The notes: a model not told the origin generated them from the letters alone. Shown: positions 1-13,900, counted from the stretch's first letter. The stretch is DNA of 64,000 nucleotides from Azolla caroliniana (GCA_043228905.1 JBHGNT010000011.1:13206001-13270000); one strand, 5' to 3'. Numbers and translations: made by a program.

Positions 1-265
1 TTTGTTGTTTGTTGCCATCGAGCCATGGATCGCTCTAATACTAGTTGAGGAACTATTATGCACGGAAACGTATGTTTGAGGATCTGTCGTAGTGTTCGCC
101 AAACAACATAGAAGGAAGACAAGAGAATAGGCAGAAGATATACACGGTTTAAACTTTAATGGAAGCTTTTTTATTACGTTCTCTCTCTCTCTTAGGGACT
201 CTGTACAACAATGATCAAGCTCTCTTTTACAACATTAGGTTATCGCTTATATACTAAGCCCTAAC
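1..265 (-). mobile_element. Truncated 5' LTR and degenerate tRNA-iMet PBS of a minus-strand copia-like element running off the left edge
   Basis: Minus strand reads ...CTCA-AC-TAGTATTAGAGC (32-43; TGGTATCAGAGC-like) followed by ATGs; TATATAAG on the minus strand near 247-254. Confidence 0.5.
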
Positions 266-2914
266 TATATGGATGAGTTCACACTAAGATACAAAGAGGA
301 AGGATTTGGCCTTTTATGCCAACATGCATATGTGCATATTCCCAACGAGAAGTAGCAAAAGCTCGACCCCAAGTCGGACAAATGTGTACTCATAGGGTAC
401 TCACTCGAGCAAAAAGGGTATAAGTGCTTCAACCCTTCCACCAAGAAGGTACGAGTGAGTTGGGATGTTGTATTTGACGAGTCGGCATCCTGGTATACAG
501 TCGAATCGGCCCCATCCAGCACAATCGAAACTGAGTTTGAGACAGATGCAAAGGAGGAGGATCGACCAAGGCTGACATCAGAGGAAAGTCCAATCTCGAT
601 CAGGTTGAGTGGACCACAAGAGCCTCCAAGCGACCAAAGCACGTCACGGGCAAATCCGAAACAGGACAAAGGAAAGACCAAAATGCCCAAGTACGAAGAC
701 TCAGAAAGAAATGAATAAGACCACTCACCCGACAATGAGCATGGTGGACTGGATGTGCCTATCAAGTACGAAGACTCAGAAAGAAATGAATAAGACCACT
801 CACCCGACAATGAGCATGGTGGACTGGATGTGCCTATCATGAGGACACCAGGGGAACCACGTCGCTCCACCCATGAAAAGAACGTAGTAAGCCGATTCGG
901 CTACAATGACTATGTGGCATATCATTATGCATTCATGATGAAAGTGGCGACAATCTGAGAACTGGAAACCTTTTCCGAAGCCGCGAAGGACCCCAAATGG
1001 GTCAAAGCGATGAATGAGAAGATGCAAGCACTCTCCAAGAATGAGACATGAGATCTCGTCCCTTCGTCACACCATCAAAAGGCAATTGGATGCCGGTGGA
1101 TCCTCAAAGTGAAGCACAACGCTGACGGTATTGTCAATCGGTACAAGGCCCGACTTGCAGCGAAGGGCTACGTGCAGACACACGATGTCGATTATGAAGA
1201 GACTTTTGCCCCGGTGGCAAAGATGGCTACAATTTGAACCGTGATCGCGCTTGTAGCAGCAAAAGGGTGGCACCTCCACCAAATGGATGTAAATAACTCC
1301 TTCCTACAAGGTGAGTTAGACAAGGAGGTGTACATGATACAACTGCCCGGATTCAGGTCAACCACGCATCCGACTTTTGTCTGCCGACTCAAGAAGTCTC
1401 TCTACGGCCTCAAGCAAGCACCTAGAGCCTGGCACTCGAAGATAACCTGGTATCTTCATCAAATCGTCTTCAACATGTCCAAGTCCGACAACTCTTTGTT
1501 CATCTGCCAAAGTGATTCTAGAGGACAGGTATTTATCATCATTTATGTGGATGACTTTGTCATAGGAGGAGAGCATTTAGCAAATATTGAGCACATGAAG
1601 AAGCTCCTCTCCAGCTGATTCGAAATGACCGATATGAAGGAGCTCTATTACTTTCTAGGAATAGAAGTAATTCGGACCCCCGATGACATCCTAATCTCCC
1701 AACTTTATTGTATCCTCGATCTTCTCGTCAAGTTTGGAATGACAAAATGTAAGCCCGTCACTATACCTCTCAATCGAAATCTAAAACTAGATGTCAACTC
1801 AGGCACTAGTGAGTGTGGACCAACGCTCTATCGTCAACTAGTCGGAAGCCTCATCTACCTCACAATTACTTGACTTGACCTCAGTTATCCGGTCGGCCTC
1901 CTTAGCCAATTCATGTGAGTGCTATGGTAAGAGAAATATCCATCTCGACTATGGTAAGCGAGTGCTAAGGTATGTGAGTGGAACCATATATTTTAGCATC
2001 CTCTACAGATCGGACACAAAGATTTGACTCCAAAGGTATACCGATGCCGACTGGCCAGCTACAAAGCCGATCATTGATCGACATCCGGATTTGTTTTCTC
2101 TCTCGGCAGCAGCACCATATCATGGAGTAGTAAGAAACAACTGATAGTCGCATTGTCAATCACCAAAGCCGAATACATGGGTGTGGTCATAGCCGCATGT
2201 GAAGTTGTTTGGCTCAAGAGAATATTGAAGAACCCAGGCGTTCCCATCAAGGATCCGATTCTCCTGTATTGCGACAACATGAACAGCATCCACCTGGTCC
2301 GAAACCCAATTCTCCACGCTCGGACCAAGCACATTGAAGTTCACTATCACTTCATCCGAGAATGTGTTCTGGCCGGGGATGTTGATCTGCATCACATCAA
2401 CACGAACTTGCAAATGGCTGACATCTTCACCAAGGCCCTGGGAGTCGACAAGCTACGACAATTCATGATGAACCTGGGTCTTTCGACCGTCGACCAGCCG
2501 AGCTTGAGGGAGAGTAAGGAGCAGCAGGAGACCATTCGAAGCCGATGTCGAAGTCGACTCAAAGCCAACCCGAAGACCAATTCGAACCAACCATCCGATG
2601 ACCGAAAGTTGTGTTTAAAGGGGTGTGTTGAGAACCAAACTCAACTTCTTGTGTGTGGGAACACACTCTAGGATACTTAAGTGTGTGAACACCCCACCTC
2701 CTTGTATAGTAACTAGTGTGTCATAGAAGTTAATGTTCTATGACACATATTCTTTAAGTAGTTAAGACATGACCTCTTTCCCAAGAGGCAGTATTAGTGA
2801 GAGAATTTAGAGAGAAGATGACTTCATAAGCACCTTCTCCTTCTCTTTGTAACTGTTGGTCATTCATTCTTGTTTTCCTTGTAATACAATATTTTCTTTT
2901 TTTTGTAATCTTGA

Positions 2915-2948
<34 letters not shown>

Positions 2949-3008
2949 CACACACACACACACACACAGAGTTCTTCCACTGCACAGAATAATCACTGAT
3001 TCTTTACA
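265..3008 (+). mobile_element. Degenerate Ty1/copia 3' part (integrase C-term, RT, RNase H, PPT, 3' LTR ~2626-3008)
   Basis: Fragments KLDPKSDKCVLIGYS, LHQMDVNNSFLQG, LYGLKQAPRAW, YVDD, RTKHIEVHYHFIRE with many stops; purine tract then TGTTG at 2626; LTR end ...TTTACA approximate. Confidence 0.85.
688..839 (+). repeat. 75-bp tandem duplication inside the copia IN-RT linker
   Basis: CAAGTACGAAGACTCAG...GGATGTGCCTAT occurs twice back to back. Confidence 0.95.
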
Positions 3009-3529
3009 AGGTTTCATATATTCGGATGCGAACCATATGCACTCATCCCCAGGGAGAAGAGGACCAAGTTGGCACCCCATGCAACAAAATGCATATTTCT
3101 CGGTTATGGAACCGATGGGGATTTTAGCTATAGGTTGTGGGACCTAGAGAACCGAAAACTAATCCGGAGTAGTGACGTACTCTTCAATGAAGACTTGATT
3201 CTCTCTATGTAGAACCAACAGAAAATAGTCGACAAAAAGGTTTTCCTTGAAATCGATAGAGAGGTCGTAGAAGGACCGACCCACCGGGCCGAACTTGCGA
3301 TTTGACAAACAGCCAAAGAAAGCCAAGCCAATGATTACTCTGCCGAATCTGAATCCGAATCGGCAAGAGGTTCACTAGTCGAATCTATTTCGACTAAGAG
3401 ATTGAGAAGAGGTGAAAGAGATAGAGTCGAAACAACCAAATTACCCAAATAGGCCAAGGTACCAAAAGGTCGCACAAAACTGACCAAAGCACCAGCCAAT
3501 CCGTCAATCACTCTCGAAAAAGGGGAGGA
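3009..3529 (+). pseudogene. Copia integrase C-terminus and linker ending directly in a PPT (no RT/RNase H)
   Basis: FHIFGCEPYALIPREKRTKLAPHATKCIFLGYG...YRLWDLENRKLIRSSDVLFNE, then GAAAAAGGGGAGGA at ~3516-3529. Confidence 0.75.
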
Positions 3530-4395
3530 TGACTTGACATCACCAAAATCCTATTACAGGGGCGAGTCATCCAACAGGACTCTTGAAGACGGTTCAAGTA
3601 AACTACCGATCAGCCGACCGAGCCGATTGAAGAAATCGAACAAACAATATCGGCACCCAGGATATCCAGACGAGTCCAAGAATTTTATCAACCATGTTGG
3701 GAAAACGGGTCCCTCCGGATGGGAAGAAGAGAACGAACTGAATCAAAGACACATGGGTAATTGGGCTAAGGCCGAAATTGAAAAACGAAATCGAAATCAT
3801 TTATATATAACTGACTTAGTAGCCTATATTTGTAAATAGTCTAGACATTGTGCCCATTGAGGCTATATTGTAAATAGTTTGTTATGTATATGAGTATATA
3901 TACACTTAGGGCAAGTCGTTAGATAAGGGGGATAATCATTATAGTTGTAATAAGTTGTAGTGAGTAGTTGCCTTTGTAAATGTGAGTGAGTGAGAGTAGT
4001 AACTCTACGAGAGAGAGTGAGTGAGAGTAGTAAATCTGTCACCATCTGTTAGACGAAGAGGAGCTCAAGGTTGTTGCCTCTGAGTCTCCCTGTACTCCTC
4101 TCCGTACACATAGTGATTTGTTTTCTTGGGGTTTGTGGACCCCCATGGTTTTTCCCATTTGGGTTTTTCACATAAAACATCCAGTGTCTTTGTGTTCTCT
4201 TGTTTCGTGGTCTTTCTGGATTCTGTTTTGGCTGTGCACTGTCATTGTCGATTCTTTGCACCCAAACAAACATACGTGCAAGCAACCGGTTGTATCTGGT
4301 TCCGATCTTAACAAAGTGGTATCAGAGTGATGGATGAACATTTCGATGGAATGTTCAAGTTAATTGGCTCCAACTATTCAGTGTGGAAGTCACAA
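3530..4395 (+). mobile_element. Copia LTR (~3530-4313), iMet PBS (4317-4327) and gag N-terminal stub
   Basis: ...TTAACA-AAG-TGGTATCAGAG; MDEHFDGMFKLIGSNYSVWKS resembles the gag starting at 5888. Confidence 0.8.
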
Positions 4396-5250
4396 GAAAA
4401 TTGATTCCCAAATCTTCCCCGGCAATTATACCCCTTGATGCCAAAGGTTGGGGATAAGATTTGCATAGTCTATCCTTCAAAGGCAACGATGGTAGATAGA
4501 ATTAGGGATTTCCCTAAGATTAGAGTGCTTGTGCAAAGTTCGTCCAAACTCCCCCCCTATAATCAGGGTTCATGATGTGGAAGCAAGACTGATAGATGTG
4601 GCAGTGAAATATGAGGGTTTACCTGGCCAAAGTTTTAATTGTAAAAATAAGCGCCATATTGCTAAGGAATACCCTAGGAAGATCACAATAACATGAGGGT
4701 GGGAAAGGACAAAGGGTAGGTTGCTAGGCAAGAGAATATAGGGTTCAAAGAACAAAACACCCTCAATGGGACAGAGAAGGAGAAGGCTAATGCAAACGCT
4801 TGGACTCTGGTTTTGGGATGGAAAAATCGATTGCAGCAAGAAGGAAACACAACTATGCCTCATGTAAGGTTGAGAAATAGCTTTGAGGCATTGCAGGAAG
4901 AGGAGTATCTCCCACAAGATCAAAGGTCAATTAATGTTGAGGAGGTGGTAGTGTGCACACCTTATGCCTTGCTAAACAGTGCAAAGCTCCATAGGGAAAA
5001 GGGCATGAGCTCCCCTTCCCCCCTGGTAAAAGTGGAAGTATTGAACTAAGAGGGGTGAAAGAGTGGTTATGCAATGGGAGGTGTCAAGAATAGCCCACCC
5101 ATCAGTTCTAAAACCCAAAAGTTGCATGAGACAAGACAAGTATAGGGGTAGATGTTCGAGTTCTGGTCAAATTTGTTTAGTCCAAAAGATCATAAGGGAT
5201 AGGTTCGACAAGGGGTGCAGGTTTAGCCAATAGGCTCTCAAGAGATTGAC
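4396..5250 (+). mobile_element. Degenerate L1-type LINE ORF1 fragment
   Basis: PKIRVLV...VAVKYEGLPGQSFNCKNKRHIAKEYP resembles the plant L1 ORF1 zinc-knuckle region; boundaries approximate. Confidence 0.55.
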
Positions 5251-5455
5251 TCACTTGTGTCATGAGGAAGCTATTGTGTAGAAGAAGTTCCTCATGATGG
5301 GAAGAGAACCTATCTGGCTAGGAACCGGCTGGATGTTGACTAGTCCAATTGTGAGTTGAACAAGTATGAGAGTCGTCTCAATTAGGAGCCGACTTGGTCA
5401 ATCGAACCAAAGGCAAGCCGGCAGAAGCTGATGCATGGCTATATTTGTAAATACC

Positions 5456-5486
<31 letters not shown>

Positions 5487-5530
5487 AGAGAGAGAGAGAT
5501 AGGGCAAGGTTGTTGAAGTATGAGAGTTGT

Positions 5531-5608
<78 letters not shown>
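5456..5608. repeat. (TA)n, (GA)n and (CT)n microsatellites within the LTR
   Basis: Direct reading. Confidence 0.95.
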
Positions 5609-5612
<4 letters not shown>

Positions 5613-6098
5613 TATTCATCTATCGGGATAAAGATCATCTCAAGGTTGTGGCATTGAGCATTGTAAACAATATGATATAGTGATTCTATTTGGAGTCTGT
5701 GGGCTCTCGTGGTTTTTCCCAGTTAGGGTTTTGATGAGAAAACTCTGTGTCTCCATCGTTATTTTTCATTTCCTGTTTCATTGTTATTTTCAACTCTGCC
5801 TGCTAGTCGGTTTAGGGTTTAGCTGACCCCATATTCCCAACAAACTGTTATCAAAGTGAAGGTTTATAACCTCTCAAGTTGTGGAATATGGACGAATCCT
5901 TTGGTGGGATGTTCAAGTTGACCGGCTCAAACTATTTAGATTGGAAGTCGAAGATGAAGGATATGTTGATGTGTAAAGACCTATGGTTGCCAATACAATA
6001 TGGCAAAGGCAAAGATTGATGCATCGACCTGGGAAGTCATGCACCTGAAGACAACAACATATATAAGATGTTTTATAGACATGAGCTTGTACAATAAC

Positions 6099-6568
6099 TA
6101 TTGAGATAATAAGCTCAATTAAGATTAGACATTTAGTTAACCACATAACTTAGTAGTTACCTAGATAGAATCTAGTTAGAAGTGTTGACTATAAAGCCTT
6201 AAATAGGATTTTTGTACTTAAGTGGGATACATTCTAGATCCTCCACTCCCAAGTACATTTAATATAGGACTTATACCTTTGTACCTATATTCTCCTCACA
6301 CATGTGCACCCTTGCACATGAGATCTATATAATTGTGGTTATTTTCGTAACTTGATGATGTTTATTAATATAGAGAAAAGTCCTTAGCTACACTCTTGTT
6401 AATCATCCCCCATTTATTGTTCATAAGTGTAACTTCCTCTCTCTCTCTTCCTCTCACACACATACACACACATATCACATAATCTTCCACGACTTAATCA
6501 CATACATGATTAATTATTCACATAATTAAGTACTAATTAACGCTTAGTTAATTACCTAATTCTTAACA
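6099..6568. mobile_element. Solo LTR (470 bp) inserted in copia gag
   Basis: Termini TATTGA...TTAACA; 5-bp TSD ATAAC (6094-6098, 6569-6573); removal restores gag frame MSLYNN-FNEETQ. Confidence 0.85.
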
Positions 6569-7368
6569 ATAACTTCAATGAAGAGACACAAGTAGATAAC
6601 ATGTGGAAGAAGATAGGGTCTATGTTCGAGAAGAAGAATGCTCTAAATAGAGTCATAGTCTTCAAAAAATAGTGAGATTGAGATATCGAGATGGCCCAAG
6701 CATGGTTGAGCACCTAAATGCATTTTAAGGGTTCATTAATCAAACCACCTCTCTAGAAGTACCTTTAGTTGATGAGGTGTTATCCTTGTTGTGGTTGGTC
6801 TCTCTTCCAGACAGCTAAGAGACACTTGTGATGACTTTGGGCAACTCGGCTCCACAAGGGAAACAACTAACTCTAGATGTGGTGAAGTCGAGCTTGTTGA
6901 ATAAATAAGCTCGCCAAAAGGACAAAGAGTCCAACTCTAACCATAAGGCCATACTCACAAAAGGAAAGTCTAATATAGGAAGGTGTAGGCAGAGAAGTCC
7001 CCAAAATAGGGACAAGTCCAGAACCAGATCGAAGTCAAGAAGAGGCTCGCGTGCTTCTATTGTGAGAAGTCGGGGCATTTCCAGAAGAACTGTCAACACT
7101 ATAGGAAGGAAGAACTAAGGGGGAACTAAAGGGGAACTAAGGGTGTTGAACCGAAAAAGATTTCGGACAACAAGTGCACCTCAGCAATCACTACAAGTGA
7201 GGAGGAGCTATTATTCATAAATGAACAGAATGAAGTAAACCTCGTCAAGGATGAATCAACTTGGGTTTTTTATGTGGGTACGTCATTCCACCTGACACCC
7301 AAGAGAGAGTGTTGCTCATTGTATACAACCGGTCACTATGGCTATGTGAAGATGGGGAATGACGGTGG

Positions 7369-8105
7369 CGTGACGTTTTCGTGCCACGATGAGAAAATAA
7401 CCTCTATTGAATTATATGAACTAATTCAAATATTTGTAAATGGTTGTTTAACTAAGCAATAGCTAATAACTTGATAAGAACTTGTCACCATAGGATGATA
7501 ATATTATGTGTAAATAGCTAGTTGAATCTACATATCGAGTAAAATATTTTAAAGCTAAAAACCTATTCAAAGCACATTTTTCTATTATCACTATCAGGTA
7601 TTTTAGCTATTAAAGCTATTACCCACTATTAAAGCTAAATACCTATTATCAACACATTTTGTTATTATCACTATCAGGTATTTTAGCTATTAAAGATAAT
7701 ACCCACTTTTAAAGCTAAAAACCTATTCAAAGCACATTTTTGCTATTATCACTATCAGATATTTTAGCTATTAAAGCTATTACCCATTAATGTAGGTGCC
7801 TCTTATGCATGGGTGACACTTGGCACTCATGCACCCACCTTCCTCATGCACAGGTGACACTTGGCACTCATGCACCCTCCTTCCTCGTGTATAAAATGGG
7901 GGGTGAGTAATCTTATCTATTGTAATCAAATAGGAAGGAAATACTATTGTAATCAGATAGGAAAGAAATACTATTGTAATCATCTTTAAATTATCAATAC
8001 AAGCTATTTCATTTCTCCTCTTTCTTTTACAAGAAGCCCGGTGCTTACTTCCCAGATTCACAATTTTCTTTTCTGTTGCACGCGTACACCGTGATCAGCA
8101 TCACA
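7369..8105 (+). mobile_element. Solo-LTR-like insertion (737 bp) in the copia protease region
   Basis: Termini CGTGACG...CATCACA; flanks ACGGTGG/ACGATGG; removal restores MGNDGGCKIVGI; internal ~80-bp tandem repeats (~7551-7790); TATAAAA at ~7890. Confidence 0.75.
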
Positions 8106-10950
8106 ACGATGGATGCAAGATTGTGGGAATCAGACATGTATGTTTGCTGACATCTATAGGGTGCAAAATGTTGTTGAAAGATGTATGCCATGTTCTGGAT
8201 ATCAAGTTGAATCTAATATCGACCGGACGACTGGACAATGAAGGTTATTGTGGTAGCTTTCAAAATGGCATGTGGAAATTCCGCAAAGGAAACCTAATTG
8301 CGGCTCGTGCCTGAAAGCAAAATACATTGTATGTGACGCATGCACGATTGTGTAGGAACGAGGTGAATGTGGCAACTGACATAGCCGGTGAGCTATGGCA
8401 TAAAAGGCTGGGCCAAATGAGTCAAAAGGGTATGCAAATGTTTGCCGAAAAGGAACACCTACCGGAGGTGAAAAACGTGCATCTGGAGAAATGTATTAAC
8501 TGCCTAGCCGATAAGCAGAACAAGGCCACCTTTCATCGAAGATCTTTGATGAATGCTATGTAAATGCAAAATCACATGTTGGTGCACAATACTTTGTTAC
8601 CTTCATAGGTTATTACAATCGACAGTTGTGGGCTTTCGTGCTAAAAACAAAGGACTAGGTGTTGGCTGTCTTCAAAGAGTTCCAAGCGAGAGCCAAAAGG
8701 GAATCTAGACAAAACTTGAAGGCTGTCCAAACTAATAATGGAGGAGAGTACAATGGGCAATTTGAGGAATATTGTCGATGCCAAGGAATTATAATAGAGT
8801 ATACAGTGTCGAAAACTCCTAAACTTAATGGACTGGCCGAGAGAATGAATCGAGGAATCATGGAAAAGGTCAAAAGTATGATATCACATGCTAAGTTATT
8901 AAATACATTATAAATAGGTCTCCCTCACAGCCATTAGACGATGATGTCCCACAGAGGGTGTGGACCGGAAAAGATGTGTCATACCAGCATTTTAGGGTGT
9001 TCGGATGTTTGGCATATGTGCATGTGGCAAAATATCAAAGATCGAAATTGGACAGCAAAAACCAGTCATGTATTTTCTTGGGGTATGGTGACGTTGAATT
9101 CGGCTATAAACTATGGAACCTGATAGACAAGAAGGTCATTAGGAGCCAGGACATAGTCTTCATGGAGGATAAGATCATTGTTGATTGGGAAATGCAGAGA
9201 CCAAGGTCATCCTCCCAATCAGTCGACAAATGGAAGCCGACTGAAGCATCCAAATCCGGATTGGCTGATACGAGGCGAACCGAATACTAGTCGGTTGGCC
9301 GTCAACAGGCGATTGATGGACATATAGATCCAATTGGTACAAGGTAGTCGATTGATGTTTATGAAGAGCCGATCAACACAAGGCAATTGGCCGATGAAGT
9401 TGAATCTGACTTGGATGAAGAGCCGACTAAGGCAATCGAACCAGAGTCGGCTGCAGACAAAAGAAGCTATCCTCTGAGACAAAGAAGAGCCCCCTATCAG
9501 TTCCCTAATAGAGAATATGTATTGCTAATTGACGAGGGGGAACTAGAAAGCTTCAATGAAGCTATGACAAATGCCCACAGCAAAGAGTGGTACAATGTCA
9601 TGCAAGATGAAATGGAATCCTTGAATGAGAACCACACGTATGAATTGATGGAGTTGCTGAAGGGTAAGAAGACACTCCAGAACAAGTGGGTGCACAAATT
9701 GAAACCAGGAGAAGGCGGGAATCCACCCAGATTCAAAGCCCGCATTGTAGGGAAGGGTTCCCAGTAGAAAAAGGGTGTGGATTTCGATTCAATATTTTCC
9801 CCAGTCATAAAAATGACATCAATAAGGACAGTGTTGAGCATAGCAGCGAGCAAGAACTTAGAAGTTGAACAACTGGATGTCAAAACCGCTTTTCTGCATG
9901 CAGTTGCCAGAAGGATTTGTAGAGAAAGGACAGGAAAATCTTGTATGACAGTTGAGAAGGAGCTTGTATGGGCTGAGGCAAGAGCGACCCCGGAAATGGT
10001 ACAAGAAATTGGAATCCTTCATGGTGGATCACGGCTTCCACAAGACACATGCTGACCATTGTGTCTTCGTAAAGAAATATGATGGAGGAGACTTCCTTAT
10101 CCTCTTGTTGTATGTTAATGACATGCTGGTAGTCGAACATGACATGAACAAAATCACAAGCTTGAAAAAGGCTTTGGGGAGTCTTTTTCTATGAAGGATA
10201 TGGGTCCGGCTAAGTAGATTCTAGGTATGCACATTGTCCAGGACAGGACAAAGAAGTTGTTGTGGTTATCACAAGAGAAATATGTGACAAAGGTGCTCCA
10301 GAGATTCAACCTACAAGATGCAATTTTGCAAAGCCATTCAGCTCGACATCGCCGACAGACAACAAACTGAACAGGAGTCAATGTCCAAAGACAAACAAGG
10401 AGAAAGTTGAGATGAACAAGATCCCTTACGCCTCCGAATCAGTTGGAAGCCTGATGTATGCGATGGTATGTACCAGACTAGACATTGCCTATGTTATCCC
10501 TCTATCAAGACAAAGACCATCTCAAGGTTGTGGCTTTGAGCATTGTACACACTTTGATATAGTGATTTTGTTTGGAGTATGTGGGTTGCCATGGTTTTTC
10601 ATAGTTAGGGTTTCCACAATATTTCTCATTTCCTATTTCGTGTTATTTCCACCTCTTCTTCCTAGACGATTGTGGCCAGCTCCATATTCCCAACAATAGG
10701 CTCAGGTTTGAGGGTTTATGCGGTTGTCAATGAACGCAACAAGTTGCCGAATGTCTGTTTATCTTTTGATCTGACAAACCTAGAGGTTTTGGCCCACAAC
10801 ATGGAATGGATCTCGAGCTCATAACAAGCAGGGCACACAAGTACTTTAACAATTTGCCTGTTACTTGGAAAGGGGATAAATGGATTGTGATGTGGATGAA
10901 TACGTGAATGGTAGATATGTGGGAGGGCCAATGATTGATGCATTAAAAAT

Positions 10951-13900
10951 TGCTGAGCGGCAAGCTCAACCGGATCCGGATCGGCTGAATAAGCCTAAGC
11001 CGGATCGGCATCCAGAAGGGTGAGACGGTGAGCAAGTGAGTCGGTGAGCTGGGGAGCCAGTTAGCTGGATCAAGCAGTAATTGGAAGCCAAGTAGCAGCT
11101 AGTCTACTAGGGAGGTAATATCTCGTAGTTAATGTCAGACGCTCGTGTGAGCATTGAAGTACACCATACTTCTATCAGTCCAGATGGACTTGTATAAAAG
11201 TGTTCACTGAACACATACGATGTACAGACTGAGTAGTATTTTTTAATTGAGTTTTTGTGTGCTCTCTCTCTATCTTTGTCTCTCCCGCGTACTGTTAAGC
11301 TCTCCATTAAACCTATTTTCTGCTTTTTGTTTTCTATTGCTTCTGCATGCTATTTGTTTCTACATGGTATCAGAGTGCGAGGGTTGAGAACCTTTGCAGC
11401 TGACATTCGCTTTCGCAAGAAGAAAACCTAACCTTTGTAAAGAAAAAAAAAAACAAATGGATAGAGGAATGGCTAGCTCGCTCCTGGTGGAGAAGCTCAA
11501 CAGATCCAACTACGCATCTTGGTCATACAAGATGCACCAGTACCTGCTTGGGCATGGTTACTGGAGCTATGTCGATGGAGCTAGCGACACAGCACCTGAT
11601 GCGGCACACAAGGACTTCCCGGTGTCGGAACAATCGGCAAGCAGAGTGATGTACTGCTTTGCATCCAGTGTCGGAGACCAGCTGCTGAGCCACGTCTGAG
11701 ATGCCAAGACGCCGAAAGAGGCTTGGGGAAACCTGAAGAAGGTGTTCGCCACAAGCACTACAGCCTAGAAGTTGCAACTCCGACAGGAGTTGAGCAATGT
11801 CTGACAGAAGGACATGTCAGTGGTTGATTACACGGCCCGAATCAAAGAGATCTGTGACTCACTTACCTTTATCAACATCACAGTAGAGGAAGACGAGATG
11901 GTACAAGTCTGTCTTGGGGGCCTGGCGTCTAAGTTCCGAGCTTTCCGGATAGCAATATGTACAAGGGAGAATACTCCGTCATTTTTCGACTTACAGTCGA
12001 TGCTCCTTGTAGAGGAGAACCACGCCGGTGCATCAACAAGTGCACCCACCGACAGTCGGATGTTGTACACAAAGGCGAATCAGCACGCAATGGAGGTGGC
12101 CGGCGGCGGCAAGGGCAAGACCGACGGCACAGAGACCGTGCCGACAGCAGTTCTAGGACCTCCACAACCAGGGAGAGTCAAGGTGGCGCCGGAAGCCGGC
12201 AAGACAAATCCGCCACGGAATGCTAGTACTGTGGCAAAAAGGGCCACAGAGAAAGCGAGTGCTGGAAGAAGCGCGCCAATTCAAACAGATCTAGATCCGG
12301 CAAAACCGGTCGGGAGAACCGGCAAAACCAGTCAGGAGAACCGGCAAAGCTCGCACTACGCGCAAGGATCGAAAGGATCCGGAACCGGGAAGACCGATAA
12401 GGGGCCAGCCTTGGTGATGAAGCACGAGGCAAATTCGATGAAGAAGACCACTTCCAAATCAGAGGAAGTGTGGTACGTTGATTTCGGTGCATCAAATCAC
12501 ATGACGAACCACAAAGAGTGGTTCTCCTTCCTGGAGAAACCGGAACAACCGGGAGTTGTCGAAACCGGAGACGACACTCCTCACCCAATCATGCATATCG
12601 GTGAAGTCCCTTTGAGCCACGTTGGATAGAGGGGGAAGTTGATGAACATATTACACGTTCCAACTATCACAAAGAACCTGGTGTCGGTTGGACAGATCGT
12701 CGACCAAGGAATGCAGGTGCGGTTTACGCACCTCGGGTGCTTCATCGAGGAGGAGGGCCAGATCATTGTGCAAGGGCATAGAGACGGGAGGATGTTCATC
12801 CTCAACACCAATGACATCGGCACCGCTTTTTTCGCCAAATGACAGGAGATTGAATCAGACATCGATCTCTGGCACAAGCGAATCGGCCACGTCAATTACC
12901 GGAGGCTTCAAGACCTGCAAACGAAACAAGTTGTTTTCGGTTTGCCGAAGTTCAATGGCCGGAAGGCCCAAGTATGTGAAGCCTGCCAACTCGGGAAGCA
13001 ACACCGGCTTCCATTCCCCACCGAATGAAACCGTAGCCATAACAAGCTCGACCTTATTCATTTAGATGTATGGGGACCGGCACAGAATGTGAGTCTTGGC
13101 GGGAGTTGATACTTCGTCTCCTTCATCAACGACTATAGCTGGCACACATGGATCTACCTCATTGAGCAAAAGAGCGAAGTCTTCGACTGTTTCCGGAACC
13201 TCCAAAGCATGGTGGAACGGGAATCAGAGAGGGAGATCAAGTGCCTGCGGTCATATGGTGGAAAAGAATATTTTTCCAGCCAATTCAATAGTTATCTACA
13301 ACAAACAGGAATTCGAAGAGAGTTCAGTTGCAGATACACACCGGAGCAAAACAGTGTGACTGAAAAGAAGAACCGGTTGCTTGTCGACGTGGCAAGGGCA
13401 ATGCTGGAAGAGAAGAGCATGCCCCATTTCTACTGGGCGGAGGCGGTCCGAACGGCCGTCTACATCCAAAACCAGATCGGAGACAATGTGTCCACACATG
13501 AGCTGTATTTCGGGCGCAAGCCGAATTTGAGACACCTTCGGATTTTCGGCAGCATAGCATATGTGCATGTGCCGGATGAGAAGCGGAGGAAGCTATATGC
13601 AAAATCGGAGAAGTGCATCCTCGTCGGCTACTCACATGAGCAAAAGGGGTATAAGTGTTATAACCCCGGACGAAGCAGGTTCGAGTTAGCCGCGATGTTG
13701 AGTTTGATGAGACGGCATCATGGTATGCCTTACCGGCTCCGACTTCTGACCCGGACCCCGACCCGATATCAAAGGACGAGGCTAGTGAGCCTGAACCGTT
13801 CCAGATAGAAGATGATGAATCCGGGACTCAAGAAGAGATTCTGGAATCATTTCGGTTGAGTGGGCCGAACGAGAGACTGGGTCAATTCGACCAATCAGAA

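Larger units (their letters stand above)
5255..10695 (+). mobile_element. Degenerate Tnt1/Tork-like copia with two nested solo LTRs; RNase H and most of the 3' LTR deleted
   Basis: 5' LTR ends CCCAACA at 5842 (left edge uncertain); degenerate PBS TGTTATCAAAG at 5846; gag from 5888; IN and RT fragments collinear with the intact element at 20326; at ~10497 jumps to U5 sequence ending CCCAACA at 10695. Confidence 0.85.

Noticed and set aside
5378-5680. ORFs with ERER, SLSL and YIYI runs (also 2754-3147, 19874-20165)
   Set aside because: Translations of microsatellites inside LTRs
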